Shown here: positions 1 through 14,636 of the stretch, piece by piece
Numbering within the stretch: the stretch's first letter is position 1
Layout: the number at the start of each line of letters is the position of its first letter
Source of the DNA: Vicugna vicugna
Lineage: Eukaryota
Reading direction: 5' to 3'
DNA length: 64,000 bases
NCBI GenBank assembly: GCA_013265495.1
Contig: MU058540.1
Coordinates: forward strand, 705,696 to 769,695
Notes under the pieces: model-generated
Told to the model about the DNA's origin: nothing
The model's database searches: none
The model's input: only the letters and a program-made list of their open reading frames with translations
Made by a program: the position numbers and the translations under genes

Positions 1-399
1 GACTAAAAAGCGGCCCAATACCAAGGTCTGTTTGCAGTTGATCCCTAAAAGGATCAGACAGACAGCTTTGGAAGGTACTGGGGCGGCACTATAAATAAAC
101 ACAGCCCAGGAAAAAGAAAGCAGAGAGACCACGGCATTGCAGGGACTCCGACTCACAACATGGGCTGGCAGGTGACCTGGAACACCAGGCCCATAGTTTT
201 GCAGGGCCCTGGGGAGGATGTCCAAAATGCCCCCCGGAGGATGGGTCTCTGTGCTGGGCAGTGGGGCCCTGGCGTGGTGCTCCAAAGCTCCCTTCTGAGC
301 GCCCTGGTCGTTGGCTCCCCGCTAGGTTGGAGCTGGGAGCCTCTCCCCGAGTACTGCCCAGGTCTCCAGGCCTGGCCCAAGGCCACTCCCTCTGAAAAG

Positions 400-495
400 G
401 CCCTAGCTGTGGTTTGGGATGGGACTTGAGATTCTGTATTTCCAACAGGCTTCCAGGTGACATGGATGCTGCTGGTCCTTGGACCACAATTGAAT
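400..495. mobile_element. MER5-like hAT-Charlie MITE fragment
   Basis: ...ctgtatttccaacaggcttccaggtga...gatgctgctggtcc...ggaccaca... is typical of MER5A. Confidence 0.55.
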
Positions 496-1624
496 CACAA
501 AGGTTTAGAACACCCCCTTAGGCCAGAATGTATATCCCAAGCACCTGAGCCATAAGAGAAATGCCCGCGATGACTGTGATGCTGTAAGCCCCAACTCCTA
601 CATCTTTCAGATGCCTCCCTGACCACCTTCAGCCTCCCACCAGTCAGGAGGAAAGAGGAGGCAGAGCTGAGGCCCACAAGATTGGCCCTGAGAACTGAGG
701 GTCCAGTCTAAGTCCACCCAACCTTGATTTGCCAGTGACAACCTTAGACAAGGTTTGGCCCTGCATGGGAGAGGCACCTCCTGAACATCCCACAGACCTA
801 ACAGCTCCATCTGGTTCTTGTGCCAAATATATTTAACACGGGCACAAGTCCTGAGCACTCACCTATGTCATCAGTGATTTTGAGAGCCTCCTTGACACCA
901 GGTGTCGGGGAGGACACAGTATAATTCAGGTGTCAACTCTGGCCTCAAGGAATGAGTTTACCAAATAAAACAGGGGGGAGGGAGCCTCCTGGATGGAGGA
1001 GTTTTCAGAGGGGGTTTCATGAGGGTGTTGGGAATGCTCTCCTCTAGAGAACAGCACTTGACTTTCATTTTGTCAAGAAAAGACAGACCCAAGATGACTC
1101 AGTCAAATGGAGAGACCAAGGCTCTAAGATATCAGAGATTTATCTGACATCCCACAGCCAGATGGAGACACCAGGACCCTGGCGGGCTGGACAGGCCTAA
1201 GTGTCCTCGGCCTACCCCTCAGAACGCCTGCCCCCTGCACAGGCCTCTCCACCTAGCCTGGCTGACCACTTGGTGTAGGGAGGCCCTCCAGGTTGGAGGA
1301 ACCAGATTGAGAAGACCTGGAGCCTGGCCCCTTCCAATGCAACATGGACCCCCAAAATATTAGCTGGGGGGCATCCCAGAGAAGGGAGAGCATCTGCTGA
1401 AAGGCCCATGCATGTGCCAGGACCTCTGGGACCCTCACAGAACCAAATGTGTTTTGCCCAGACACAAGACTTAAAAAGGATGTGTCTTGAGTGGGGAAGC
1501 GGGGAAGGTGAGACTTGGTTTCTGAGTGTGTCTTCTGGGAGACGACCACAGAGCGTCTCGGCTTCCCACTGCCAGCCTCGGCCCACAACCTGTGCACAAG
1601 GAATCCCAAGCCTCATGAGACCTA

Positions 1625-1768
<144 letters not shown>

Positions 1769-4700
1769 TTACCCCTTCACCATCCAGTATTAAGCAGCAA
1801 GTCATACCTCATACTTTAAGGAAAAAACACCAACAAATTCTGCCAAGTGGTGCTGGGCCCAGGGATGGGGTCGATAAATACCAGGGTAACTGACTGAAAG
1901 AACACCGTAAAAGTGAGGCAGACTGAAAGCAGTCTGTCCCCCTGGAGGCTCCCGGGCCTCTGCCCTGTGGTTCCCGCCAGAATAAAGGCCATTCACTGGG
2001 GCTGTGGAGCAGAGGCAACGTGGCTGTGGGAAAACGCAGAAGCCCAGCCTCCTCAGAGGGAAGAGCAGGTGCTGCACAACGCGGTCTTGCCTCTGCCGTG
2101 GGCCCCCCATCTGTTTTTGGAGTCAGGTGTCTACCACCTTCCTATGGACTGCCTACTTTGCAGATTATCTGCTGTAAATGTTTCATCTTAGACTGGACTG
2201 CCCTAGAAATGGAAAATTTCAAGCAAACTGGAGGGAGAAAGACGTAATCTGCATGTGAAAACAGGAGTATCTGTAAACCTACTCCGCTAGCACCTGTAAT
2301 AGGATAACACCATTTTGCTAGGCTTTCTGGATTTAGAACATTATAAAAAGGCTGCTTTTCCTTGAGTGGCCGACAGGCCGGAGGCTGTGCTGAGTGGTCT
2401 ACACATGAGTGAGCACTGAATCCTCACTGCACCCCTATTTCCCAGGCAAGGAGCCCAAGGTTTAGAGACCTTAGTAGGCCACCAAGATCCCTCAGCTCAT
2501 AAGTGGTGGAGCCATATCGCGTCTGGCCAGCCGACTCCAAGCCCACCTCACCTCCACCTCCGGGCCTCCTCTGGATTGTCACCAGGTGGAGCCCTGGACC
2601 AGAAGGTGAAAGTCTGGGTTCTGGACCTGGATCCACGACTACAGAAGGAACCAAAGTTGCCTTGCTTCTCGGGGCTTACTTGTTGCCATGATCTGATTTG
2701 GTTTCTAACAGTCTCAGAGACCAAGGTGTGTCCCCTCATAGTGCCTAAAGACCTTAAGCCTTGACAAGACACTAAATGATGTAACCAAGATTTACGCACA
2801 TGACTAGAAATGTTCGGAAACAACTCACTAGTAGAGTTAGAAACCCCAACTACTTTAAAAATATTTAACAATATGGGAAAAGTTGAAAATTAAGTGTTAA
2901 ATGTAACTAAATATACAGAGATCTCACCCCATTCTACAGACACACATAGAGAGATAAAGTGGGAAGGAAATGTTCCCAAAACGTTAGTAGTGATTATCTC
3001 TATGTGGTAGAATCATTGGTGACTTTTGTCACATTTTTCAAATCTTCTACATTCAACATCTATCATTGACACAAACACAAAAAAAGGCAGTAACAATTAA
3101 CAGTGTTCCAAACTCACAGACATTTTGGCAAAGCAGGGCTGATACCACCTAAAGGACAGAAGGTACCAGACGACGAGACAGCCTGATTAAGACAACACAC
3201 CCACTCCCAGCTTATCCCCATGGTTTCAGTAGCACAAAGGCAGAAAGAAAAACAGTATCATAGTTGGCTGAGAAGGGAAAGAACACGTATATCTGAAACT
3301 CAAATACCCCTCTGGGTTCTGGGTGAGCCTGGGCCACCCAAAGAATGAGACTTTCAGCAAGAGCCTCACCAAAACCAAGAAGTGCCCCACCTCCCTGAAG
3401 GCCAAAGGCACCCCACGAAATCTCAGCTCAACCAAGCCCAACACAGCAACTGATGGGAGCCTGAGATGACGCGGCCCAGACCCTGCCTTTCTGTGCTCTG
3501 AAGTTACAAGCATGCTGTCAGCTCACTAAGCATGTCTTTAGCAAGGACCTGCATGGTGCCTGTGGGCTCACTCAAGTGGGGCGTGAGCGCGTTCGGCTCA
3601 GAGGAGGGCCAAGGAGCAAACCTGTCATTCAGTCGTGGGTCTGATACATTTAGAGGCATGATGGACCAAGAAATAGAAACCAGGGAATCCGTTTCTAAGT
3701 AAAAGACAAACAAACTAACATCACCAGAGAAGCCTTACAGAAAAGTTAATTTTTTCCTCGTTTTGTTTTCAGCCTTCAAAATTCTCATTTCCCCTTCTGG
3801 CTATGTTTCTGGGCCACTTCCTTTAATCATCAACTGTAGCTTTTATGATAGGCAGCAGAGTATACTTACTATGAATCTATTTTAACAAAACAATAGGGAA
3901 GCAAAGATATCTGGTGGATGAATGCAATAAATAAATGTAATAAAAACACCCTCAAATATGACATGGCAAGAGCCATAGAGAAATAAAACTGGTTGAATCA
4001 GGATGCCCCGTCATTAACGCAGGTAAGAGAGTCAACGCAGGGGTGTAGGAATGACCATGTGTGGTTTCTCTCCCAGCCCCCAGGCTCCTAGAGATGTGCA
4101 CTGAGGGTTCGGGGAGGCCTGGCATCGCACACGTAATAATTAGACTACTAAGTCATGCCCTCTGGCAGCACAAGGCTCCTCCTGGTAGGATTTATAACCT
4201 GAAAATTTATGGCCCCGTCTCTTCCCCAAAATACCAACCGTACCAGCATCCCAGCTCCTCACTAATGCTGTTTTCATGACTCGTAAATGGACGGGGCTGC
4301 TCACCTTCTCCAAATATTATTTGTAGGAAACATTAAAGCTTCATAAAAAAATCTACAGACTAAGAGGGCTAACTCCACTTCAGATGTCTTTAAAACAACC
4401 CCCTCAATGACGTTTCAAACCAGAACAGCATTTTCAGAGCCACAGATATACTACTGGAGAATGCAGAATGGAGAACCTGGCCTCCTGATGCTTAAAAAGT
4501 GGTCAGCCCTTCCTCCTGAACCCAGGGAGCTGGAGAGGTCCTTCAACCACAACCTACTGCATCCCCCCAGACCGACTTAGGCAGAAGATCAAAGTCCTCA
4601 ATGCTGTGACTGATGGGAGAGCTCCTGTAATATGCCCAGGGTTGGATCTTGGGAGCTCAATTCTGTTTCAAGTACTCCTTCACTGCCACAATTGAGCCTG

Positions 4701-4856
4701 ACACAAACATCACAGAACATGATATGATTCTAGTACATTACAGGAAGCACTTCTGAAAATGATCCTATTATGATCTTTTTTCTGGGCAAGTTTATCTCCT
4801 AATGGAGGCTAACATCCTTGGGAGGAATTACAAAGGCTAGAGAAACTCACACTCAC

Positions 4857-4897
4857 CTCATCTGTTTTTCTCTCACAGTCCACTGGCAATAATTTCA
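4857..4897 (-). CDS. LEMD2: LEMD2 coding exon 2 (41 nt): (A)TG-KLLPVDCERKTDE
   Basis: tctcag acceptor and GTGAGT donor (4851-4856). It completes the phase-1 codon from exon 1 to give AEDN-MKLLPVDCERKTDE. Confidence 0.95.
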
Positions 4898-6286
4898 CTG
4901 AGACCAAGAAAAGAAACAGAGGAAATTAAAAGTGTGGGCTGAAGAAAAGGGTACAAACAGGGACTGCTCTCAAAATTTAGGGGAAGTTAAACATTAGCAA
5001 CTTAAAGGTAAGGATTAGAAAGATGTCATCTAAATGAAGCATTTAAATAATGCAGACAGTAAAATGTAAGAGGTTCCCAGTCCTGGATTAGGAATTAGGA
5101 CAGCAGGATCCTAATCCCAGCTGAGAATGTTTACCCGTGGGATCTTGGGCAACTACTCAAAAACCTCTATTTCTTCATCATCATAATATAGGATCACTAA
5201 AGCCTTCCTTGCTTAACTCAGACTTAGCCTCACACAAGATAACAAACACGATGGTTTTGTAAATTGTAAACAATGATATGTTAAACAGGGATTGATACCA
5301 TCACGGGTGGGGAACTCTGGGTAAATCCCAGTATATGTAAAGATGTTGTCTTTAAGCATCTCAGCAGTGAGTATGACAGTAATACTGTTTGACATTACCA
5401 GCATAGTTACAGCACCACTGCAGTGCCATGACACACCTGGGTCTGCTTAGCTTGACTAGCAGGTGGATAAACTGCTCTCATAGTCAAGAAATTGAGTCTG
5501 TGCACAAGTCTGGGATCCCCATGCCCACAGACTTGTTCGTACACCCAAACATCCATCTGTTGCAACAGCTAGGACATAATTTAGCTTTCCCCTGCATTCT
5601 CATAGTTTCTGCTAGGCGTTTAAAGATGTGGCCTGGGCTCAAGGCTGGGCACAGTATTAATCACTTTCATTCTTTGCAGAGAATATTAAACTTGTGAACA
5701 GGAGTCGCTTGTAGTTAAATTTATAATGAACTGATCTCTATACTGTTTCCTATTAGACTAGAGCCAAGGATTATGGGAGAAGGTAATTTCCCTTTCAGGA
5801 AATACACAAATCCTTAACTATTTGTTAACATACTGTATCCTGCAGACCTCTTATTGGCATGTCTCATCACATAACTAAATGTGGACAGAAGCAAGGCTGG
5901 GAATGTCCTTGAGTCACAGGGCTCTCTCTTAACACACTCTAGGAAGGTGCTGCAATGATAAATGTCACCATTTACATCAGTTTAATCTCTTTAAAGGGTT
6001 CTTTCACACCTGTCTCATTGGCAGGGCTAGCATAATCTCCTTTCGAGAAATGAGGGTCCTGTGGTCCAAAGAAGTGTAGTATGTGGCCTTTTTGGTGCTG
6101 CAAATTTGGGACTCCAACCAGTTCCTATCTGTGAGCAGTGACACCTAAGGTGCCTTCAAATGGGCACTAATGTGTGAATGAGCAAGAAATCAAAAGGGAA
6201 GAAAGAACTACAAAGGAATGGGGGTGGGCCTGTTAGAGGAGTGTGTAAGAGGGCTTTCTCTGGAGAGGGAAAAGTGAAAGTGACTA

Positions 6287-7588
<1,302 letters not shown>

Positions 7589-10500
7589 TCATCTGTAGAC
7601 CACGCGGTGTTTATCTCTGAATCCTCCGCTTCCTGCGCAGTCCCTGGCACGTGGTAGGCACTCAATAAAATGTTGATTTAACGGATGAATTGCTTGATGG
7701 TGAAAGACAAGTCACTACCCAAAGTGGGGAGACAGAATCCTTTGCCTCTTTCTGGCTTGGGGACCAATGTGCTCAGGGAAGGGCCTTTTTTGGGTCTCGG
7801 AGTGGACCCCAGGCATGCTCTGGGACCCTGTCCGACCACAGAGCATGGCCAGCAGGCCTCTGTGTTTTCCTGGCTCTTCGTTCAATCGTTGATATTGAGC
7901 CTCAAAAGGGTGCAGGTCCTGCCCTTGGCCAGATGCTGGTCCACAAGGAGCTCCTGCCTGATGGGGGCAGAAAAGCCAAATACCCATGGGCTCCTATGGG
8001 CACTTCTGGCCTGTGGGAGGAGGCCCTGTGGTCGGATGTTGGGATTTTCCTGAGCAGAGATGGGTGGGGGAAGACCCCAGGGACCTAGCCTTGTGTCGTG
8101 TGTGGATTTAGGTAGGGGTTCCTCGAATCCCAACTCCATCACTACTAGATATGTGATCATACCTGATTAACATTTCTAAAAACAAACAAAAAACAAAAAC
8201 ATTTCTAGCTTGTTGGCCAGTGAACCTCATAGAGTTACTGTGAGGATTAGAACAGGTAATTTGTATATGGTGCTCAGGACAGTGCTTGGCACTTGCTCCT
8301 AAGTGTTTATACATAATCCATTTGTCTGCAGCATCAGTGTGGTGTAGAACCTCCCACCAGGAGTACTATTTGATTACATGAAGGCTGTTAGCAGAGAAAT
8401 CTCTAAGGGAAGCATGGGGAGTGGTGACAAATGGAAATAAAACTATGGTTCATAGTCTTCCTCCCACCTCCCTCTCCTTCTTTGTTTTCCTTCCACATCC
8501 CTCATCAACTGCCTTTCCCAAACAAGTACTGCCAGCCCCATAGGTTCCATTCCATTTTCACCCCTCCAATTCAGTTCTCCCCTTCCTCCAATCTCCCCTC
8601 CTTCCCTATGGTCCCATTGCCTACCCTCCTTGTCCCTGCCCTGGGTCCCTGGGCATGGCGCCTCTGCCAGTGTTTGCCTTCCTGCCACTTGCTCTATCAC
8701 AGGGACATTTGTAACTGGCCACATTGCTGGAAAATTACAGCCTCGGCTTGGTCAGGCTTCCGAGTTAGCCTCTCCATCTCCCCCGACTTGGCTGCTCCCA
8801 TGTGGTGCGATTTCTCTCACCAAGTGTTGTTTTCCTTTTCTCTGCCTGTGTTTGCACGGAATGCCATGAATTTGATATAGTGATTGCCTAACACATATAC
8901 CACATAATAGTATTTTATTTCTTTCTGAAGCACTGTTTGCATGACAAATGAGTTGGTAACATTTGTGCAACTCCTTGCAGCTGTGCAGTTCAGTATATAA
9001 AGAATGAGCCTTTCGGCATCAATACTGGCCCTGTGTATTCTAAGAGGGCTGGAAACTGATGCTTAAACAAAGTTAACACTACAGCATTTTGCAGAGTTAC
9101 GGTCTACTTCAACACAGTGGATCTCAGGGCAATTAAAAAACATACTGAACTGGAGCCACCCCCAGGGGTGGTCCCCAGTGTGGGCTTTATCAGCCTTCCT
9201 TGTGTAAGGGGTTCTAGCAGCTGCACACACCCAGGGCCAGATGACCCATAGCCCTCCCCCAGCCCCAACCCACCTCTGTTATCTTCCCTCTAGCCTAGAT
9301 CTCATCATGTTCGCAGCATACAGCATCATTGCTTCCCTTCCCTACTCCTCCAAGAAGAAGCCTCACAATCTGATTGAAAAAGTTAATCAGAAAAAAGTCT
9401 CACAAGTCAATCATTCCTCCCAGGTCTCTAGCCTTTGCATGTTCCTCTTGAACTCCCTGCTCTAGTCCACCCTTTCCCTGGACTGGTAAGTCTTTAGGAT
9501 CCTCCATCAACATTCTCTGCCCTCAGTGTGCTTTTACAGGCTTCAGTGAAGTCAATTTGTTGCTGTCCACTTTCCTCCATGTGACCATCCCCACAGTTCC
9601 ATCAGTGATCCTGGTGTCTTCCCCTCTGGAGGGCTCCGTCTCAGAGCTCCTTGGTCACCACTGCCTGCATGTCAGGAGCTGCCCATGAGGCCCCTTCGGG
9701 CCTTCTCAGATCTGCCTTTCTGTGTCTCCACAGTGGTCCTAGGCCTGTCGAGTATAGGAACACATATGTCAAAGAACAGGGCAATACTGCAAAGTCAATG
9801 TCTGTCCTGTGTGACCTTTCTCATCACTTTGTTGTGGGTCTTTTTTTTTTTTTTTTAAGGCTAGCAGCTCAGCTTGTGGTCGGTCTTTCTGACTTATTAA
9901 AGGCAAAAGAGGAAAAACAAGCTCCCATGTCTAAATCTCCTTTGTAACCACAGCCACACATTTAGTACAGATGAGAGCCGCTCGGAGGATGCCCTGGATT
10001 CCTGGAGGGCTGCCATGCTACCTGCCATCCTGCTGACCTCTCTCTGTCTCAGCAGAGCCTTAGAATAATAACAGCTATAAATCTTTTAGTGGGTTCCTTT
10101 CTCCTCCTCTTGCGAAAAGCCCTGCACACATTTATCAGGTCCTTAAAGATGCTCCAGGACTTGTCCTTGATCCACTTTGTCACTGGCCTCGTGCATCCTT
10201 CTTGGCTATTCTGGGCTTCCTTCAAATCACATCATGGGTGGCATCACACCATGGTGGGGACACTAGAAAAGTGTAGTTGGAAAGGGGGACAATGTGGGTG
10301 CTATTTTGGGCTCAGATTTGAACTGGAATGGCCCCAGCTCCACCCAGCACCTTGTTGCCCCATCTCTCTGCCTGTGGCAGAGGAGGGTCACCCTTTCCTC
10401 TCTCTAGGTCAGTGAAGGGGTCAGAGTCACAGAGAAATGTCCGAATGGGTTTAATGCACGGTTATGTCACCTGCTTTTCATAATCGACTAAAAATGAAAC

Positions 10501-12875
10501 AAAACTCTCAATATTTTGGCCACTTTCATACCTTGATATCTGTGGGTAAGAGTTCCTTTAGAGGCAAGAAATATATTCCCTGATGTCAATAACGAACTGT
10601 GTATGAAGAAAAATGTAATGCTTTCAGAACATTTTCTTTTGGGCTTTGTCCATGATTAGATTATACTAAATTACAGAGTACCAATATCAGGCAATTACTC
10701 TTTGCTTTTAACTGTTCAATTTCATGGCAAATCCACATAGCTCAGTAATTATAAAATCACACTGACGTGGTTACCGAGAAAATACCTCATCATCTCCATC
10801 TTGTGAAGCTAGGCTCAGGTTGCCCTATAATTTCCCCGTGGTCCTAAGTGTAAAACTACATTCCAAATGAAGCTGTGTAATTGGTAACTCTCCATAATTG
10901 CCAGGTATCTGGAGAGATTCTTGCAGATTTTGCTGGATAAACCTCAGCGAGATGTGACGAGAGGCGGCAACCTTGCCCGGCTGGTTCCTCTGGGCACTTT
11001 CCCTGTCTCTGATCCTGGCTAGGTCCTGGTCTAGGCATCCTCTAGCTTTAATCACGAGTGTGTCTCTTGTTACTTCTGCTTTGTGAAAACACGATCATTT
11101 TCTCCTGGCTCAGCTCAGAACCTCCCCAACCTCCCGCAATTTTAATTTCTTCCAGGGCTGTGCGTGTCCTGTAAGCAATCGAGCTTCCTATCCTGAAAAC
11201 TGGTGGCGCTTGTTAGAGAAAAAGAATTATTTGAGCCAATGGTAAGAAATTGAACACTGGCAAGAGGAGAAAAACGAGAGAAGAAAGGATTCGACACATC
11301 CAAACAGGCGGCCAGGGCACTGTGCATGCAGAAGCAGGTGGTGGCTGGGTCCCTGTTGTGGCTCATTACCAGGAAGTACATCAGAGGCCCCCAGGTGAGG
11401 GTTGGGGACAACCCAGCAGTAGTGCTGAGCTTTGAATAGGGTTGTTCTGAGGAACAGACAGCACCTTCAAGCTTCCCAGGTGCTGTGGTTGCAGAACCAA
11501 TTCCTATTTGAAAAAAATGCAGACCATCTGGGGCAAAATCTCCTAGGGGTTTCATTTCCCTCCACAGCACCTGTTTCAATACTGCTCTACGACCCCTGGC
11601 ATCTTAAGGAAAATTCCCGTGGGTGCTGGGGCCCCAGCCCCAGAAATGGGCGCCCCCTGCTGGTGATGAGGGAAGGTGGTTTCACTGTTAGGGCAGACCT
11701 GAGCAGAAGATGAGGAAAAGGCACGAAGTCTGTTTTCCACAGGGAGAGACAATGAGCATTTTGTTTTTCTGCTTCTTGGAGTGTGTTACAGATAATGGTG
11801 TGAACTGGCTGGGTCTAACTTGTAAGGGCGAGGAGGAGTCCTGGATCCAGTTCCTCCAATTGCATGCTTTATAGATAGATTCCTGTGTCTTTTCCTTCGT
11901 TCTCTCCCCACATGCCCTGCTGCAGCCCTCTCTCCATTTATTGCCGGGTGTCTTGGCAGCTTTTCCCAGGAACCGGCAGCTAAGCTTGGGTCGATCAGTA
12001 TGTGCACTGGCAATTGTGTGAACGTGCAGGGTCTGGGTCCCATGTAAAGTTCCTCGGGGAGCACTCAGGGCACCCCAAATAAGGGTTCTTTTTAAGGGTT
12101 GGAAGTCAACTTGTTCCGACTGTTGTCCGTGGCTAAGCCCTCAAAGTGGCTGGGTGGGTGGAAATACAGAACGGGAACTGTGTCTAATTGCTGGGAACCT
12201 ATGGATGGAAGGCACTGCGGTTCCTATATGGCCCCGGTTTATAGATAAATGAACATTCATTAACGTAAGATTAAATTAGAATTAAATTTCCCATCCAGTT
12301 TTGTTTAGAAGGCAGAAATAAGGGGGTTAGCTATGTAATTTTGCCACAGATGCTGGAGCATGTGGAGTCACAAGGTGGTAATAATAATAGCCATTTGCTT
12401 TTTGCTGGTGCCTCCGTCCCTAGATCTCAGGGCAGATATCACCACCTTGCTTTTGCAAAGGCTCATTGAGGTTAAAGGGCTAGCTGGAAGTTACTCAGTA
12501 AGGGGTTGAATGCAGAAGCCTTAAAATGCTCTGGTCCATTAGACATCAAGCTCGTCAGTAAACAGAAAATGCACCAGGATTCAGGAGACCTGAATTCTAA
12601 TGCTTGCTCTGCCACTGACTCAGCATGTGGGCAAAAAGTGCCATCTGTCTAGGCCTCAGTTTCCTCACCTATAACAGAAGGGCTGGCACAAATCTTCTAA
12701 TTCCGTGGGTCTAAATAAAAATTTGAACATAGAACTCACACAAGGCACACACTTTGCTACTGTATTTATGGCCACACTCCCCCTGAGCTTTATTAGTTTC
12801 CCCTTAATGGCATGACCTGAGTCTGACTTTTGGAAATTAAAATATTAAATAAAGTCATTTCTGTGTATTTCATGC

Positions 12876-12881
12876 TTTATT
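12876..12881 (-). terminator. MLN: MLN polyadenylation signal AATAAA
   Basis: TTTATT on the + strand, about 135 nt after the ancestral stop codon. Confidence 0.85.
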
Positions 12882-13014
12882 TGCTGGAGGGGGATTTGCT
12901 TGGGAGAGGGTGTTTTCCTTCCAAGCCCAGCGGATGGACTGTGCAGACTTCTAGGCCCTCTCTGGATGGGAGTGGGGGTCTGAGTTTTGTCCACCTTCTC
13001 CCTGGAGTGGCCCA

Positions 13015-13025
13015 TCACTTGGCTG
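13015..13025 (-). CDS. MLN: MLN exon 5 coding part (G|CA GCC AAG TGA = A-A-K-stop in the ancestral frame)
   Basis: Matches the known ...AAK C-terminus of prepromotilin. Phase 1 fits the end of exon 4. Confidence 0.85.
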
Positions 13026-13783
13026 CTGGAGAAAAACAAAGGAGGTTTGCATCTCAGAAGTGTCAGCAGGACTGTTTGTGAAACGGCCTTCAAAACCTGC
13101 CTGCAGGTCTGAGGAAGGAGGGACATCCAGGAGGGGAGGTCGACCTCCAGCTTTTTCTGTAGCCTGGGGCTATTAATTCAACCTCCCAGTTCCTCCTCCT
13201 CAAACAACACTTCTTCCCTTCCTCTCCTCTCCTTTAGGCACTATGAGAAGAAATTAGTGGCTGTTTGTCAGACAAGATCTAACTTTGCACAAGTAACCCA
13301 GGCAGACCTTGAACCTGGCAAGGCCAAATGGGGCTCAGGACTTCGATTTGCAGAATGGATGGAGGAGGGGGAATGCAGGCTTTTGCAGCGAGACTGCACG
13401 AGGGTTTCCTTCAGAGCAACCACTTGACCTCAGTGGCGTTTTGGGAGGGAATGAACGGATATGCGGCATAGGAATGGTTGGGGGTTGTTGTCACTTGCTG
13501 TGGCCCTCTTTGAAAGGGCATTTAAGAAAGAGGTCTGAACCCTCAAATCAGGCCTCCTCAACCAACACAGCCATCCGAGCCCCGAGCCAGCCTTGCTCTG
13601 TGATTGGGCTCCCCTCAGAGATGGGGCGAGGGGGTGGGAGTGCTTGAGGGAGAAGGCAGCCTCAGGTTCTCAAGTGCAAAGCAGAAAAAAAATCACAGTC
13701 CCCAAACCCTGCCCGGATGCGCTGCTGGAATATTAACACCGGGGCGCGCGGAGGGCAGGCCCGGCTGTCCTCCCTCCCCGTAC

Positions 13784-13892
13784 CTTTCTGGGTGGACAGC
13801 AGCACCTCGCTCAGCAGCCCTTCCAGGGTGGCCGGGTACTTTTCCAGCTGCCGGGAGTTCATCCTCACTCCAATTTCCACAGGCGCAGTCAG
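13784..13892 (-). CDS. MLN: MLN exon 4 (109 nt): [36 protein letters not shown]+G, motilin-associated peptide (ancestral frame)
   Basis: tttcacag acceptor and GTACGG donor. The [17 protein letters not shown] motif is characteristic of the motilin/ghrelin-associated peptide (ORF 13662..13880). Confidence 0.93.
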
Positions 13893-14204
13893 CTGTGAAA
13901 TAAGGCAGAGTTAACCACAACGGAGAGTCTGCCGTGCCGTTAACCCCTAGGTGCCCTACAGGTGGCAGGAGGGACTGCGGGGAGCCTTGCCACTTGACAG
14001 GCCCCACTCTTCCTGATCCTCTGGGATCCTCTGGGGATTCTGGCTGGGAATTCTGCCACTTCCCCTCATTTCTAACCAGGGGGCTGGATCCTGGCAGTTG
14101 CTGAGGCCAGTAAGGAGGAGGATCAACCACCCACTGCTGGTGGAGAAGCTGGGACAGAGGGCTTTTCATTTGAGGAGGAAACACCCCTCCCCTTCTCCTG
14201 AATA

Positions 14205-14445
14205 ATAACAGATAACACGCGGTGGAGTTTGACCACATGTCAGGTATCATTCTAAATGCTTTCCATATGTTAAGCCTCTCAATAACCCTATGATGTAGAG
14301 GATATTAGTGTCCCCATTTTGCATATGAGGAAACTGAGAACAAAGGGGTAGAGTGATTTGCTCAAGGTCACACAAGTACTAAGTGGCAGAGGATGAAGAT
14401 GGTATACCCAGGGCGCCTGGCTCCAGGGTCCATGCCCATGACCAC
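14205..14445 (-). mobile_element. MIR SINE in MLN intron 3
   Basis: Core cccattttgcatatgaggaaactgag...ttgctcaaggtcacacaag...aagtggcagag. Confidence 0.75.
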
Positions 14446-14554
14446 CGGGATACGCTTTCTCTAGCTCCGTGGGGACACAAGTGAGACTGTAGAGGAGCTG
14501 TCTGGAGGCTCTTCACCGAGAGAGGTTGCTGGGGCAGAGCCAGGAGTGCCAACT

Positions 14555-14636
14555 GATCTTGCCATCACCCCCCAGGGCCTCCTGGTTCAATGGATCTTGC
14601 CATCACCCCCAGGGCCTCCTGGTTCAATGGTCTTGC
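14555..14636. repeat. Tandem duplication of a 37-38-bp unit (gatcttgccatcaccccc(c)agggcctcctggttcaatg) x2 plus a partial copy
   Basis: Copies at 14555-14592 and 14593-14629 differ only in C-run length. Confidence 0.92.

Larger units (their letters stand above)
12861..13025 (-). other. MLN: MLN terminal exon 5 including the 3' UTR (3' end approximate)
   Basis: Pyrimidine tract and ctccag acceptor, then CAGCCAAGTGA, then a UTR ending in AATAAAGCATGAAATACACAG, similar to the human MLN 3' UTR as I recall it. Confidence 0.88.
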
